64,000 nt of DNA from Longimicrobiales bacterium (GTDB lineage Bacteria; Gemmatimonadota; Gemmatimonadetes; Longimicrobiales; Gaopeijiaceae). The notes under the pieces were generated by a model that was given only the letters and a program-made list of their open reading frames with translations, had not been told where the DNA came from and did no database searches. A program made the translations under genes and the position numbers. The stretch is taken from the NCBI GenBank assembly GCA_965249725.1, contig CBDFMQ010000002.1:2624001-2688000 (forward strand), read 5' to 3'. Below, piece by piece: positions 18,380 to 28,224 of the stretch (position 1 is its first letter; every line of letters starts with the position of its first letter).

Positions 18380-21300
18380 ATGCGCCTATATCCGACGCGG
18401 CTCCTCACGGCCGGTCTACTCGCCGGTCTTCTCTCGCTCGCATCAGTAGTCTCAGTAGCTCCGTCCTCCGCGCAGATCAGGGGATTCTCGGCCGCGCACG
18501 CCGAGACGGAGGCGTTCTGTGAGGCCCGACTCCAGGAGCTCCCGAGCCCCGAAGCGTTCAGGGAGCACCTGCGGACCGTGACCCAAGAGCCCCATCCCAC
18601 GGGATCCGAGGCCCAGGACCGCGTAGCGGACTACCTGTTCTCGGCCATGTCGGAGGCCGGGTTCGAGGTGGAGCGTCACAGCTACGACGTGTACCTGCCC
18701 GAGCTGGGAGGTGAGGTCTTCGCCGAGATCGAGTCGCCCATCCGCATGCGGCTGAACAACCGCGAGCCCCCGGTGCCGGGAGATCCGTTCTCCTCGCACC
18801 CCGAGCTTCTACCGGGTTGGAACGCATACTCCGGCAGTGGAGACGTACGTGCGCAGATCGTCTACGCGAACTTCGGCCGCAAAGAGGACTTCGAGCGCCT
18901 TCAGGAGATGGGCGTCTCCGTAGCCGACAAGATCGTCGTGGCCCGCTACGGGGGGAATTTCCGCGGGTTCAAGGCGAAGTTCGCCGAAGCGGCCGGTGCC
19001 TTGGGACTCATCATGTTCAATGACCCCGGGAGCGGTGGCGGTGCGGAGTATCCGGACGGGCCCATGATGAACGAGAACACGATCCAGCGAGGGTCCGTGC
19101 TCACCTTGGACTGGACCGGAGACCCACTCACGCCCTTCGAGCCCGCCTACCCGGTGGATTCGGGCAAGAGCGTGAGCCGTCTCGACCCGGAAGAGCTGCC
19201 GTTCCACACGATTCCGGTGATGCCCTTGGGGTACGGAGCCGCATCCGAGATCCTGCGGCTCATGGAGGGCCAGGAGGCTCCCGACGACTGGCGCGGCGGC
19301 ATCGATGCCACCTACCGAATCGAGGGCGGTGAGGCACTGACCCTCCGCATCCATGTCGACCAGCCCAAGAAGCTCGTGCGGGCAACCAACGTCGTCGGTA
19401 CGCTGGTGGGTTCGGACCTGCCGGACGAATGGGTGATCCTGGGATCCCACTACGACGCCTGGGGCTTTGGGGCCCTGGATCCGAACGGCGGAACCGCGAT
19501 GCTGCTCACCCTCGGAGACGCGCTGGGACAGCTCGACGCCGAGGGCTGCGGGCCGAGGCGGACGATCAAGATCGCCCACTGGGACGCCGAAGAGTACGGC
19601 ATCATCGGATCGGTCGAGTGGGTAGAGGAGTTTCGGGACCAGCTGCGGGACAAGGCAGTGGCGTACATCAACGCAGACGGCGCCGTTACGGGAGGCAACG
19701 TCCGCGTCTCGGCCTCGCCGTCCCTCAAGAGGACCATCGTCGAGGCCACGCAGGACGTCGCGTATCCCGACGGCCGTAGCATGTACCTGGCCTGGAACAG
19801 CACCGACCAGGACGAGCCGCCCATTGGAGATCTCGGCGGCGGATCCGACCACGTGGGATTCTACACTCACGCGGGCGTTCCTTCGGGGGGCGTATCCATG
19901 GGCGGCGCGTCGGGCGTGTACCACTCCAACTACGACGACTTCGCGTTCTTCGAGAGGTTCTCCGATCCGGACTTCGTGTACGGGCCGGCGTTGGCCCGGC
20001 TCGACGGGATCATCACGCTCCGGCTCGCCAACGCGGATGTCCTCCCGTACGACCTGGCCCGTTATCCGACCGATATCGATCGTCACATCGAGGCCATGGA
20101 GGCGAGGGCCGGCGAGTTGGGCGTGAACCTGACCCTCGATCGCCTGAAGTCGGCGACGGACGAGCTGGCCGGGGTGGCCGAGGAACTCGAGACTTCGCTC
20201 TTCACCCCCGGCGGTCGCATCTACGACCCGGCGGCGGATCGGGAGGCAGCGAACCGCGGCCTTCTCGACATGGAGAAATCGTTCATCCGCTCGGAGGGCC
20301 TGCAAGGGAGACCGTGGAGCCAGTCACTCTTCGCCTCGCCCGACCCCTTCAGCGGCTACGCGTCGTGGATGCTCCCGGGCCTCCGGTTCGAGGTGGAGTC
20401 CCGTTCCGCGGTGGGCATCGCGGAATGGGAGGGCACATACGTCGCGGCCGTGCAGGATCTGACGAGGCGCATGCGGGCGCTCACCAACCAAGTCACCGAG
20501 CGGCGAATCGAGGGAGCGAACCTGGTCGACCCGGACGGCAACGTGGAGTGGAATCGTTATCACAGATGGCAGGACGTCCATGCCGTCATGGAAGTATGGA
20601 GTGAGATGTACCCGGGGCTCACGGAGCTTTACTCCATCGGGAACAGCTACGAAGGCGTGGACCTCATGCTTATGGAAGTCACGAACGAGGCCACGGGACC
20701 GGCCTCTGAGAAGCCCGCGATCTACTTGGACGGTGGGATTCATGCAGGTGAGCTGACGGGTTCGGAGGTGGCTCTGTACACGCTGGGCCGACTCCTCAAC
20801 AGCTATGGATCGGATGCCGCGGTGACGGAGCTTCTCGATACGCGGGCGTTCTACATCAGACCCAAGTTCAACCCCGACGGCTCGAACCTCGTGCTCGACA
20901 CCGATCAGTCCCTGCGTAGTTCGGTGCACCCCGTCGATCAGGACTCCGACGGGATGGCCGACGAGGACCCGGGCGACGATCTAGACGGTGACGGTCGCAT
21001 TCTCCAGATGCGGATACCGGACCCGGACGGCAACCAGGCGATCAGTCCAGATGATCCACGCATCATGGTCTCCAGAGAGGACGGGGCTCAGGGGCCGTTC
21101 TATCGCGTCGTGTCCGAGGGCATCGACAACGACGGCGACGGGCGGTTGAACGAGGACGGGTATGGGGGCCTCGACATGAACCGGAACTTCCCGCGCAATT
21201 GGGAGCGGCAGCACGTTCAGTCCGGTGCGGGAGACTTCCCGCTGTCCGAGCCTGAGACCTACGCCACCGTGAAGTTCTTGAACGAGCACCGGAACGTCGC

Positions 21301-22207
21301 GTTCATCATCCACGGCCATACGTCGGGAGGCTTCGTGTACCGCCTTCCCTCGGCGTCGGCGCCGTCCCGGTTCGACCAGACCGATCTGGCCCTCATCGAA
21401 GACCTGAGCGAGTTCTATACCGAATCGACCGGCCGTCCAGTCATTCCGAGCTCGACCCACCCCACCGACCACCGCTACGGGACCCTGATCAGCTTCGGCT
21501 ACTGGGACCACGGCGTCGTGGGATGGGTGCCCGAGTTCTCCCCGGGTCCGGACAAGTGGGTTCCCGACGCCGACGGCAACGGGGAGATCGACGAGGCCGA
21601 CTGGCACGCGTACAACGACGGGGAGTTCGGCGGGAGGTACTTCGCAGATTGGACTCGGTACGACCACCCGGAGTACGGCCCCGTGGAGATCGGGGGATGG
21701 CACCGGAAGTTCTGGGGACAGAACCCGCCGGACGAGCTGCTGGAGCGCGAGTTGGAGCAGCAGGTGCCCTGGTTCCTGCACGTTGCCGGTCGAACTCCGC
21801 TGCTGGAGTTGTCCGAACCAGCCATCACGCCTTTGGGTGGCGGCCGCTATCGGGTCGGGGTGACGGTCAGCAACGTCGGGGATTTGGCCACCCACCTGAC
21901 GCAGCGAGGGTTCGAGGGCCGTGAGAGTTCAGACGGCGGCTTGACGCAGCAGGTCGTGGCGCCGCCGACCGTCACGCTGGAGGTGGAGGGTGGCCGCATC
22001 GTGGAGGGTGGGGACTCTCCGAAGGCCACCGGCCGGATCACCATTCCGCACCTGGCGGGGATCAGCACGATCACCGACAAGGTCTCCGATCGTTCGCATC
22101 AGGTGGAGTGGGTGGTGGAAACCAGCTCGACGGACGCTACGGTCCGGATCACCGCCGACGCTCAGAAGGGAGGGAGGACGCGTACCGGAAGCGTGACCCT
22201 GCGCTAG
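18380..22207 (+). CDS. Secreted fusion: M28 glutamate carboxypeptidase II-like (PA + TfR dimerisation) + M14 carboxypeptidase
   Basis: Signal peptide from ATG 18380; M28 motifs SHYDAW, DAEEYG, YINAD, SDH, YHSNYD; M14 motifs IHAGE, DMNRNF. Confidence 0.88.
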   Translation: MRLYPTRLLTAGLLAGLLSLASVVSVAPSSAQIRGFSAAHAETEAFCEARLQELPSPEAFREHLRTVTQEPHPTGSEAQDRVADYLFSAMSEAGFEVERHSYDVYLPELGGEVFAEIESPIRMRLNNREPPVPGDPFSSHPELLPGWNAYSGSGDVRAQIVYANFGRKEDFERLQEMGVSVADKIVVARYGGNFRGFKAKFAEAAGALGLIMFNDPGSGGGAEYPDGPMMNENTIQRGSVLTLDWTGDPLTPFEPAYPVDSGKSVSRLDPEELPFHTIPVMPLGYGAASEILRLMEGQEAPDDWRGGIDATYRIEGGEALTLRIHVDQPKKLVRATNVVGTLVGSDLPDEWVILGSHYDAWGFGALDPNGGTAMLLTLGDALGQLDAEGCGPRRTIKIAHWDAEEYGIIGSVEWVEEFRDQLRDKAVAYINADGAVTGGNVRVSASPSLKRTIVEATQDVAYPDGRSMYLAWNSTDQDEPPIGDLGGGSDHVGFYTHAGVPSGGVSMGGASGVYHSNYDDFAFFERFSDPDFVYGPALARLDGIITLRLANADVLPYDLARYPTDIDRHIEAMEARAGELGVNLTLDRLKSATDELAGVAEELETSLFTPGGRIYDPAADREAANRGLLDMEKSFIRSEGLQGRPWSQSLFASPDPFSGYASWMLPGLRFEVESRSAVGIAEWEGTYVAAVQDLTRRMRALTNQVTERRIEGANLVDPDGNVEWNRYHRWQDVHAVMEVWSEMYPGLTELYSIGNSYEGVDLMLMEVTNEATGPASEKPAIYLDGGIHAGELTGSEVALYTLGRLLNSYGSDAAVTELLDTRAFYIRPKFNPDGSNLVLDTDQSLRSSVHPVDQDSDGMADEDPGDDLDGDGRILQMRIPDPDGNQAISPDDPRIMVSREDGAQGPFYRVVSEGIDNDGDGRLNEDGYGGLDMNRNFPRNWERQHVQSGAGDFPLSEPETYATVKFLNEHRNVAFIIHGHTSGGFVYRLPSASAPSRFDQTDLALIEDLSEFYTESTGRPVIPSSTHPTDHRYGTLISFGYWDHGVVGWVPEFSPGPDKWVPDADGNGEIDEADWHAYNDGEFGGRYFADWTRYDHPEYGPVEIGGWHRKFWGQNPPDELLERELEQQVPWFLHVAGRTPLLELSEPAITPLGGGRYRVGVTVSNVGDLATHLTQRGFEGRESSDGGLTQQVVAPPTVTLEVEGGRIVEGGDSPKATGRITIPHLAGISTITDKVSDRSHQVEWVVETSSTDATVRITADAQKGGRTRTGSVTLR

Positions 22208-22231
22208 GCCCCGATCCCCGTTACCGACTCT

Positions 22232-25200
22232 CTACCAGCCAGGGGAGAGCACGAAGCCGAAGTGCGCCCCTCGATTGCGCTGGAACGGGTAGGCCAAATA
22301 CGACTCGAGGACGAGGAAGCCCAGGAAATTCGATCGAATGCCGGCTCCCACGGAAACGATGGGCTCCTCGTCCCCCACCGACTCCCGAAAATCGAGGTTC
22401 TCTAGGTCGTTCCACGCGATGCCCGCGTCCGCGAAGGCGAAGAATTCGGTGGGCAGGAAGGGGAAGCTGATCAGCCCGTGCTCGGGGGTGCCCAAGAGAG
22501 TCGTCCGGATCTCGAGGTTGGCCACCGCGATACGGTGTCCGAAGGGACGCGCGAAGCCGTCGCAGGCACTGGCACGGGCGCCTTCTTCAACATCCAGGTC
22601 ACACTCGAAGACATCGTAGCTCTCGAACGAGTATCCACGCATGAGCGGCTCATAGCCGAGAAAGAGCGGCTGTATCTGCGCGTCGTTTTGGGTCGGGTCG
22701 AGCGCGCCCCCGTATCGACCGAAGTGCAGCCCACGCGCTGCGATGGTGACGCTACGATTGGGGCTGTAGTAGCCGCGCAGGTCCGCTACCAGAGACGTGA
22801 AGTCGATCGACCCGAACGTTTGGCCGACCTCGAGCCTGAGGCGGCTGCCGCCCGACGGCGAGGTATAACCCTCCGACGCATTGTCCCTCACGAAGGCCAA
22901 GGTGACCGCTCCTAGCGTCACCGGTTCGAGCCAGTCGATCGGCTCGGTCCGATTCTGATGCAGAGTCGTCCCCGCCTTACCCACGATCCAAACATCCTCT
23001 TCGAGCGAGTAGGAGTAGTTTTGGATCCCGAAATTCGTCTCCACTCGGGTGGTGTTTGAGAGAGGGTAGGCCAGCATCCCGCCGCCGTGCCTGAGGGCAT
23101 AGGCCTGACGGCTGATGGCAAGGCGAAGATGATCCGTCGGGTCGTGCCATCCCTGAGTCACATACCCCTGCTTGTGGGGCGTCCAGCCCGCTACGACGCC
23201 CCAGTTGAACCGTCTCGCCTCGTTCAGATAGTGGACCTGCCCTCCGACGTCCTTGATATGTCCGAGGAGCTGCGCGGTCATGCCGACCTTATGGTTTCCC
23301 AGCATATCGCTGTAGTAGGCCGTGGCACCCCCGGCTGCATACGCTGTGAAGCGGTCGGTGCCGACGCCCATGTCCGGCTGGCCCGTGAAGTCCATGGAAA
23401 AAACGGGCTTGTAGTTCTCGATTCCCTCGGCGAGGTACGTGCCGGTGGGCACGAGTGCCGACTCCGGGTCCAGGAGGTACTCCGCGACCCGGCTCATCAC
23501 CACTGGAGTCCCGGGAGAGAGAGCGCGTCCAGGCTGCGCGTCGGAGGACGCCGTGACGACTCGACCTCCCGCGTCGGCCTCGTTGGACTGCAGGCTGTAC
23601 ACGTGGAACTCGAAGTCGTCGAAGACGGAGTAGACGATGGTGCCCGCCTCGCGGGCGACCGATATCGCGGGCGACATCGAGCTGACGCCGCTCACTCCCG
23701 TCTGGAGCCGTGTGATACGGCGGATTTCCTCATCGTCGAACGTGTATTGGTAGATGTCGCTGAAGCCGTCTTGATCCGAGAGGAAGTAGAGGCTTCGGCC
23801 ATCGGGGGCGTACCGAGGATTGATGTGTTTGGTCGCACCGAAGAGGTTCAGCGCGGAGACTTCACCGGAGGCCACATCCAGGAAGGCGATATTGGGTTGG
23901 CCGAACACGAGCCGGCTTAGATCGGTGCTAGACCCGCGATCAGACACGAACGCCACCGTCGACCCGTCGGGCGACCACGTGGGTTGGAGCGCCGCGTACT
24001 TGTCGTCGGTCAGTTTGGCCAACGCCCCGGTCTGCAGGTCCCAGCTGTATAGATTGCTCGAGCCTCCCTCCAGCCCGGAGAACACCACCGTCCGACCGTC
24101 CGGCGACCACGCGGAACTCGTAATCGCGATCTCTCCGAAGTCCCCTTCACGCTCTACCTCGCCGCTCCCGACGTCGACGATCGCGAGACGGGTATCACCC
24201 TCCGACGACACCGTAAACACGAACTTCGACCCGTCCGGTGACCAGTCGCCCGTGGCGTCTACGAAGCGGAGTGCATCGAAGTGTGGCGAGACCTCCGTGC
24301 TGACGAGCCTTCTCTGAACTTCCCCGGTTCGTGCATCCGCGACGAAAAGGTCGATCCCCAGATCCCGCTCGGACAGGAAGGCGATAAGCCGGCCATCGGG
24401 GCTCACCGAGGGAGAGACGTTCCGCTCTCCAGCTCCCGTTGATGGAGCCAGCAACAGCGCACCCGACTCGCCGGGGACCTGCTTGTCGGCCATCAGGGGT
24501 AGGTACTCCGACTCGACGGACTCTCGCCAGATCTCGGTAACCCGCGCAGGGCCTCTCTGGAGGGCGTCCCTGAGTGCGGTTTCCAGGCCTGCCCTCTGAG
24601 CCCTTCGGTAGACGTCTACGACTACCTCATCGCCGTAAACGCCACCCAGGAACGCCCAGAGGGCGTGACCGAAGTGGTGCGTGTAGAGTCGATCGTCCGT
24701 CGCCACGCGTCCGAGGCTGGGGAACACGTCACGCCGGACCGCCTCTCTCAGCCACATGGCGGTGTGCGGGTCCTCACGACCCATCGACAGATAGTCGGCG
24801 AGCCCTTCACTGAGCCACACCGGAACGTTCGCCAGACCACGAGACCCTGGGCCCGACCGGCTCTGGGCGATGTCGCTCTGGAACTCATGGACGAGCTCAT
24901 GACCGATCAGGTGGTCGGTTTCCCCGTAGGTATCGGTCAGGGAGATGACGATCCGGTCCTTGAAGGACTCGATCACGCTGCCCGTTCCCTCTCCCAACTT
25001 GCCCGACACCGCGTTCGTCTGCTGGAAGTCGGCGTGACCCGCGTAGAGAATGAGAGGCCTGGGCCCTCTGAACTCATGCCGGAACAGACGGGCGTACCGC
25101 TCATACCAGCGCTCCGCCATCCGAGCCGCGTCTTCGATTACGTCCTCATCGTCGAGATAGAAGAGGACGTCGAAGTGGGGCGTGGTGAGGACTTTGAAGT

Positions 25201-25339
25201 CGAAGGTCTCGTACTGGACCTTGTTGCGTCCGAAGTACTGAGCGGACGCTGCGCGCGGTACGGTGAGCGCCGACGCGGCCAGCGTCAGAGACACGGCGAG
25301 TCCGCGCGAGGACCGAGCGGTCAGGATCCTGAATCCCAT
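22232..25339 (-). CDS. Omp85/BamA-TamA family protein with N-terminal metallopeptidase and TolB-like beta-propeller
   Basis: QYFGRNKVQY, HELVH..WLSEG, repeated WSPDG, C-terminal barrel with MRGY and FADAG. Confidence 0.85.
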   Translation of the reverse strand: MGFRILTARSSRGLAVSLTLAASALTVPRAASAQYFGRNKVQYETFDFKVLTTPHFDVLFYLDDEDVIEDAARMAERWYERYARLFRHEFRGPRPLILYAGHADFQQTNAVSGKLGEGTGSVIESFKDRIVISLTDTYGETDHLIGHELVHEFQSDIAQSRSGPGSRGLANVPVWLSEGLADYLSMGREDPHTAMWLREAVRRDVFPSLGRVATDDRLYTHHFGHALWAFLGGVYGDEVVVDVYRRAQRAGLETALRDALQRGPARVTEIWRESVESEYLPLMADKQVPGESGALLLAPSTGAGERNVSPSVSPDGRLIAFLSERDLGIDLFVADARTGEVQRRLVSTEVSPHFDALRFVDATGDWSPDGSKFVFTVSSEGDTRLAIVDVGSGEVEREGDFGEIAITSSAWSPDGRTVVFSGLEGGSSNLYSWDLQTGALAKLTDDKYAALQPTWSPDGSTVAFVSDRGSSTDLSRLVFGQPNIAFLDVASGEVSALNLFGATKHINPRYAPDGRSLYFLSDQDGFSDIYQYTFDDEEIRRITRLQTGVSGVSSMSPAISVAREAGTIVYSVFDDFEFHVYSLQSNEADAGGRVVTASSDAQPGRALSPGTPVVMSRVAEYLLDPESALVPTGTYLAEGIENYKPVFSMDFTGQPDMGVGTDRFTAYAAGGATAYYSDMLGNHKVGMTAQLLGHIKDVGGQVHYLNEARRFNWGVVAGWTPHKQGYVTQGWHDPTDHLRLAISRQAYALRHGGGMLAYPLSNTTRVETNFGIQNYSYSLEEDVWIVGKAGTTLHQNRTEPIDWLEPVTLGAVTLAFVRDNASEGYTSPSGGSRLRLEVGQTFGSIDFTSLVADLRGYYSPNRSVTIAARGLHFGRYGGALDPTQNDAQIQPLFLGYEPLMRGYSFESYDVFECDLDVEEGARASACDGFARPFGHRIAVANLEIRTTLLGTPEHGLISFPFLPTEFFAFADAGIAWNDLENLDFRESVGDEEPIVSVGAGIRSNFLGFLVLESYLAYPFQRNRGAHFGFVLSPGW

Positions 25340-25503
25340 CAACGATCTCTCTCTCCGGGAGGCATCAGGTCCCCGCGTCCCGGAGGGCGGGCGAAATAGT
25401 AGGAGTGCATCGACCCAGTATACGGATCATCCGGGCTCATGTGTCAATCGAGGCGGTCGTCGCAGCCCCCGTCCGACCAGGGCGGCTCAACGGTTGGTCG
25501 ACA

Positions 25504-26043
25504 CTAACCCTCGGTGCGGGGCGCGCCCTTGAGCAAAGCCAACCCCAACCCGCCCGCGAATCCGACAATGAGGCCGATAACACCCCACCCTGCTCCGCTC
25601 GTGGAACGCGCGATGACCATTTCTTCGGCCGTGGCCGCCATCATCTCCGCATCATCGTGCCCGCCGGCATCATCATGATCGGCCGCCTCCGAACCGCCGG
25701 TAGCCGCAAGAACAGTGACATCCAGAGCTGCGGCCCGATCGCCACTCGGCTCATACGCCACAACCTGGTATTCACCGGGGCGTACGCTGGCAGGAATGAG
25801 GATCTCCTTGGTGAAGCCACCCTCGTCGCTGGCTGTCGCCTCACCAACCGGGTGCTCGTCGAAGACGCCGACGAGAGATAGCGTCACCGTCATACCTGCA
25901 TGAAAGTCCGCACCCACGATCGGTAGGACCTGCCCGGCCTCGACGGACTCCATCGTGCTCTTCAAAACGGCACCGTGTACCGCGGCCATCAGCAATGTGA
26001 CCAACGCCAACATCGCCGTCCTACTGTAGACGTGTGCGGACAT
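25504..26043 (-). CDS. Exported protein with Ig-like region, His/Met/Asp linker and C-terminal TM anchor
   Basis: Signal peptide followed by HGAVLKS; PGEYQV; DHDDAGGHDDAEMM; C-terminal hydrophobic helix; GGAGGGAG RBS. Confidence 0.7.
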   Translation of the reverse strand: MSAHVYSRTAMLALVTLLMAAVHGAVLKSTMESVEAGQVLPIVGADFHAGMTVTLSLVGVFDEHPVGEATASDEGGFTKEILIPASVRPGEYQVVAYEPSGDRAAALDVTVLAATGGSEAADHDDAGGHDDAEMMAATAEEMVIARSTSGAGWGVIGLIVGFAGGLGLALLKGAPRTEG

Positions 26044-26061
26044 GTCTGCTCCCTCCCTCGA

Positions 26062-27072
26062 TTACATGATGTGTTCTCGGACCTCGCCGAACACACCGTA
26101 GAGCCAGAGGCACACAATAATGACACCCATGGCCACACCCATCCACCCGACCCAACCGGCTCGCCCAGGCGTGTCGTCGTTGCCACGATCTAGCAACGGT
26201 ACCGCCATCAAGAAGAGAAAGACGCCCGCCGGCCCCAGGATCATCCCCCAGGCCCCCAACAGGTTCTCGAGGCCGTACACCCAGAGGACAGGCCAGAACG
26301 GTTTCGTTATCTCCACGCCCGGCACCGGAGGATAGCCGATCCCCTCCGGAATCAAGAGGGCCAATACACCCAGCCCTGCGAAAAGCAGCAGGCTGAACCC
26401 GGTCAAACGGGTGGCATGATCACGGAAGACTCCTGTCTCCGAGGAGTCGGCGTGGATCCCCAGATGGCGAATGAGCCAGAAGTGCATCGCGATGAGGAGC
26501 CCCAGTAACACCGGCAGGAGACTCGTATGAAGGCTGAAGATCCTAGACAGCAGTGACGTGCTCGGGGTGAAGTCGTCCGTGAAGAACGCACCGAAGGCCC
26601 CTGTGAGATTGCCTCCCGTGACGAAGTGCAGCAGAGCCTCGAATCCCTCCTGATCGTATCGCAGGGTCGTACCGGTTATCACCAGAAGGAAGACTAGGGC
26701 GGCCATGATCACACCGGCCCACCATGTCAACTCACGTGGCCGCTTGTACGACCTTCTCCAGAAGACGTAGGCCAGGTGAGCGGTCACCGTCACGACCAGA
26801 GCACCCGACGCGTAGAAGTGCAGGCTGCGAATCCAGTCACCCAGCGGGGCCCGAGTGATGATGAATAGAACGCTGTCGTGGGCCCCCTGGGTCGTCGGAT
26901 TGTAGAACTGCGCCAAGTACAGTCCCGTGACGACGATCACGCCGATCAGGAAGGCCGTCACGCCACCGAGCATGTACCTCCAGCCCTCCGTCGACTTCGG
27001 CACCTCATAGTCGAGGGCGCCGAGGGCAAGACGTTCCTCGATTGCCCTACGCCACGTTCCGCTCACCGGCAC
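26062..27072 (-). CDS. Cytochrome b/b6-family protein (start uncertain, 27066-27120)
   Basis: TGLYLAQFY, GDWIRSLH, HLAYV, YKRPRELTWWAG, SLHTSLLP, MHFWLI: four heme His. Confidence 0.9.
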   Translation of the reverse strand: MPVSGTWRRAIEERLALGALDYEVPKSTEGWRYMLGGVTAFLIGVIVVTGLYLAQFYNPTTQGAHDSVLFIITRAPLGDWIRSLHFYASGALVVTVTAHLAYVFWRRSYKRPRELTWWAGVIMAALVFLLVITGTTLRYDQEGFEALLHFVTGGNLTGAFGAFFTDDFTPSTSLLSRIFSLHTSLLPVLLGLLIAMHFWLIRHLGIHADSSETGVFRDHATRLTGFSLLLFAGLGVLALLIPEGIGYPPVPGVEITKPFWPVLWVYGLENLLGAWGMILGPAGVFLFLMAVPLLDRGNDDTPGRAGWVGWMGVAMGVIIVCLWLYGVFGEVREHIM

Positions 27073-27251
27073 TGGTCTCTTTCGTGAGGGTGGAGCCCAA
27101 GCCTCGTCCCAGCATTTCACTCTTTTCAGACTACGTTCGCCGGCGCAGCATCGGCAAGGTGGAGGACACGCAGCGGCACGCAGAATTCGATGAGCGCCGC
27201 TTGAAGGATGCCCCTCGAGGAATTCGAAGGATGCCCCTGGAGGAAATGAAA

Positions 27252-27284
27252 GAGACCGAGACCCCCAAAAAGGATCTCGGTCTC
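27252..27284 (-). terminator. Intrinsic terminator-like hairpin
   Basis: GAGACCGAGA/TCTCGGTCTC 10-bp perfect stem followed on the minus strand by TTTCATTT. Confidence 0.7.
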
Positions 27285-27446
27285 CAGAAGCGCACCAGAG
27301 GGGAATTATTGAAGCCCAGGGACACTGTTGGGTGACCTCCCTCCGAGTTTCGCCTTCCCCTCTCAGGGCATGACGTCATCCGAAGAAGTCAGTCCCGGCT
27401 TCACGGGAGTTGGCTCAATAAACGAGCCCCCCAGTACGCCGAGATC
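27273..27446 (-). ncRNA. Candidate structured leader or sRNA
   Basis: Nested long stems with G-U pairs favouring the minus strand, apical CCCT-GAGA-GGG. Confidence 0.5.
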
Positions 27447-27762
27447 GAATATAGGCTGGGCTCCTTGCGTCTGTCCACAAGCGACAGCGGAAGCAGGAGT
27501 CGCGCAGTGCATCGTTTCCGCCCTGCTTCGAGCCGGTCCTAGGGTAGGCACTTTTTGCCGTTCTTGACTAGAAACTTCCTGCCGGTCCCCACCCGACACC
27601 ACTGCCCTCTCGCGACTGTCCGGTACCTGTAACGATGTGTTTTATAACCACTTACGCTGTTTTCCACGACCCGGTGGACCTGATCCGAACGGGACGGCAC
27701 GGCTCTTTCATTAGTGATCTCTAGAACGCGCACGACGATCGCTCTGATTGAGGCATAGAAAA

Positions 27763-28224
27763 ATGAGAACGCGCATACATGCAGATGGCTGGCTAGACGT
27801 ATCGGACCGGCGCCGAGTAAGGATGCCGGGCGATCATGAAGTGTCCGTTGATCCGGCGCCCGAGGCAGAAGCCCTCGCGTTTCTTCTCTCGCACAGCTTT
27901 CCTGGCCACCGCAGGGTGGTCCGGTCCATGAGCGAGGCAGACCGCAAGCTGCTCCAACTGGCCATGTGGGCCGATTCGGTGAGTGAGCGCATGGGACTGG
28001 TCGATCGGGTCTGGCGTCGAATCACAGAGGCTGTATCCCCCCCCAACAATCCGGATCGGCCAGAGCTGATCCAAGTGGTACGGTTCGGAAGCGCTTGGGC
28101 GTATCCGCTCTACCTGGACGGATCGGTTACTCGCGTGCTTCCTAACGGCGGAGTACCGGTGCCGATGAAGAACAAGGAATTCCGGCGCCGGGAGCTACAA
28201 CTCAATCTGGACAATAACGCGTAG
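27763..28224 (+). CDS. Hypothetical protein
   Basis: 153-aa ORF, GAGG before ATG; no family recognised. Confidence 0.65.
   Translation: MRTRIHADGWLDVSDRRRVRMPGDHEVSVDPAPEAEALAFLLSHSFPGHRRVVRSMSEADRKLLQLAMWADSVSERMGLVDRVWRRITEAVSPPNNPDRPELIQVVRFGSAWAYPLYLDGSVTRVLPNGGVPVPMKNKEFRRRELQLNLDNNA

Noticed and set aside
27310..27410. Cobalamin or yybP-ykoY riboswitch
   Set aside because: Fragments resemble them (CCCGTGAAGCCGGGACTGAC, GGGAAGGC) but the GGGAA/GCAACTGT/B12-box and GGGGAGTA cores are missing; left as an unassigned structure
27131..27602. Short ORFs 27131..27379 and 27363..27602 as genes
   Set aside because: No motifs, atypical composition, and they overlap the terminator and structured region
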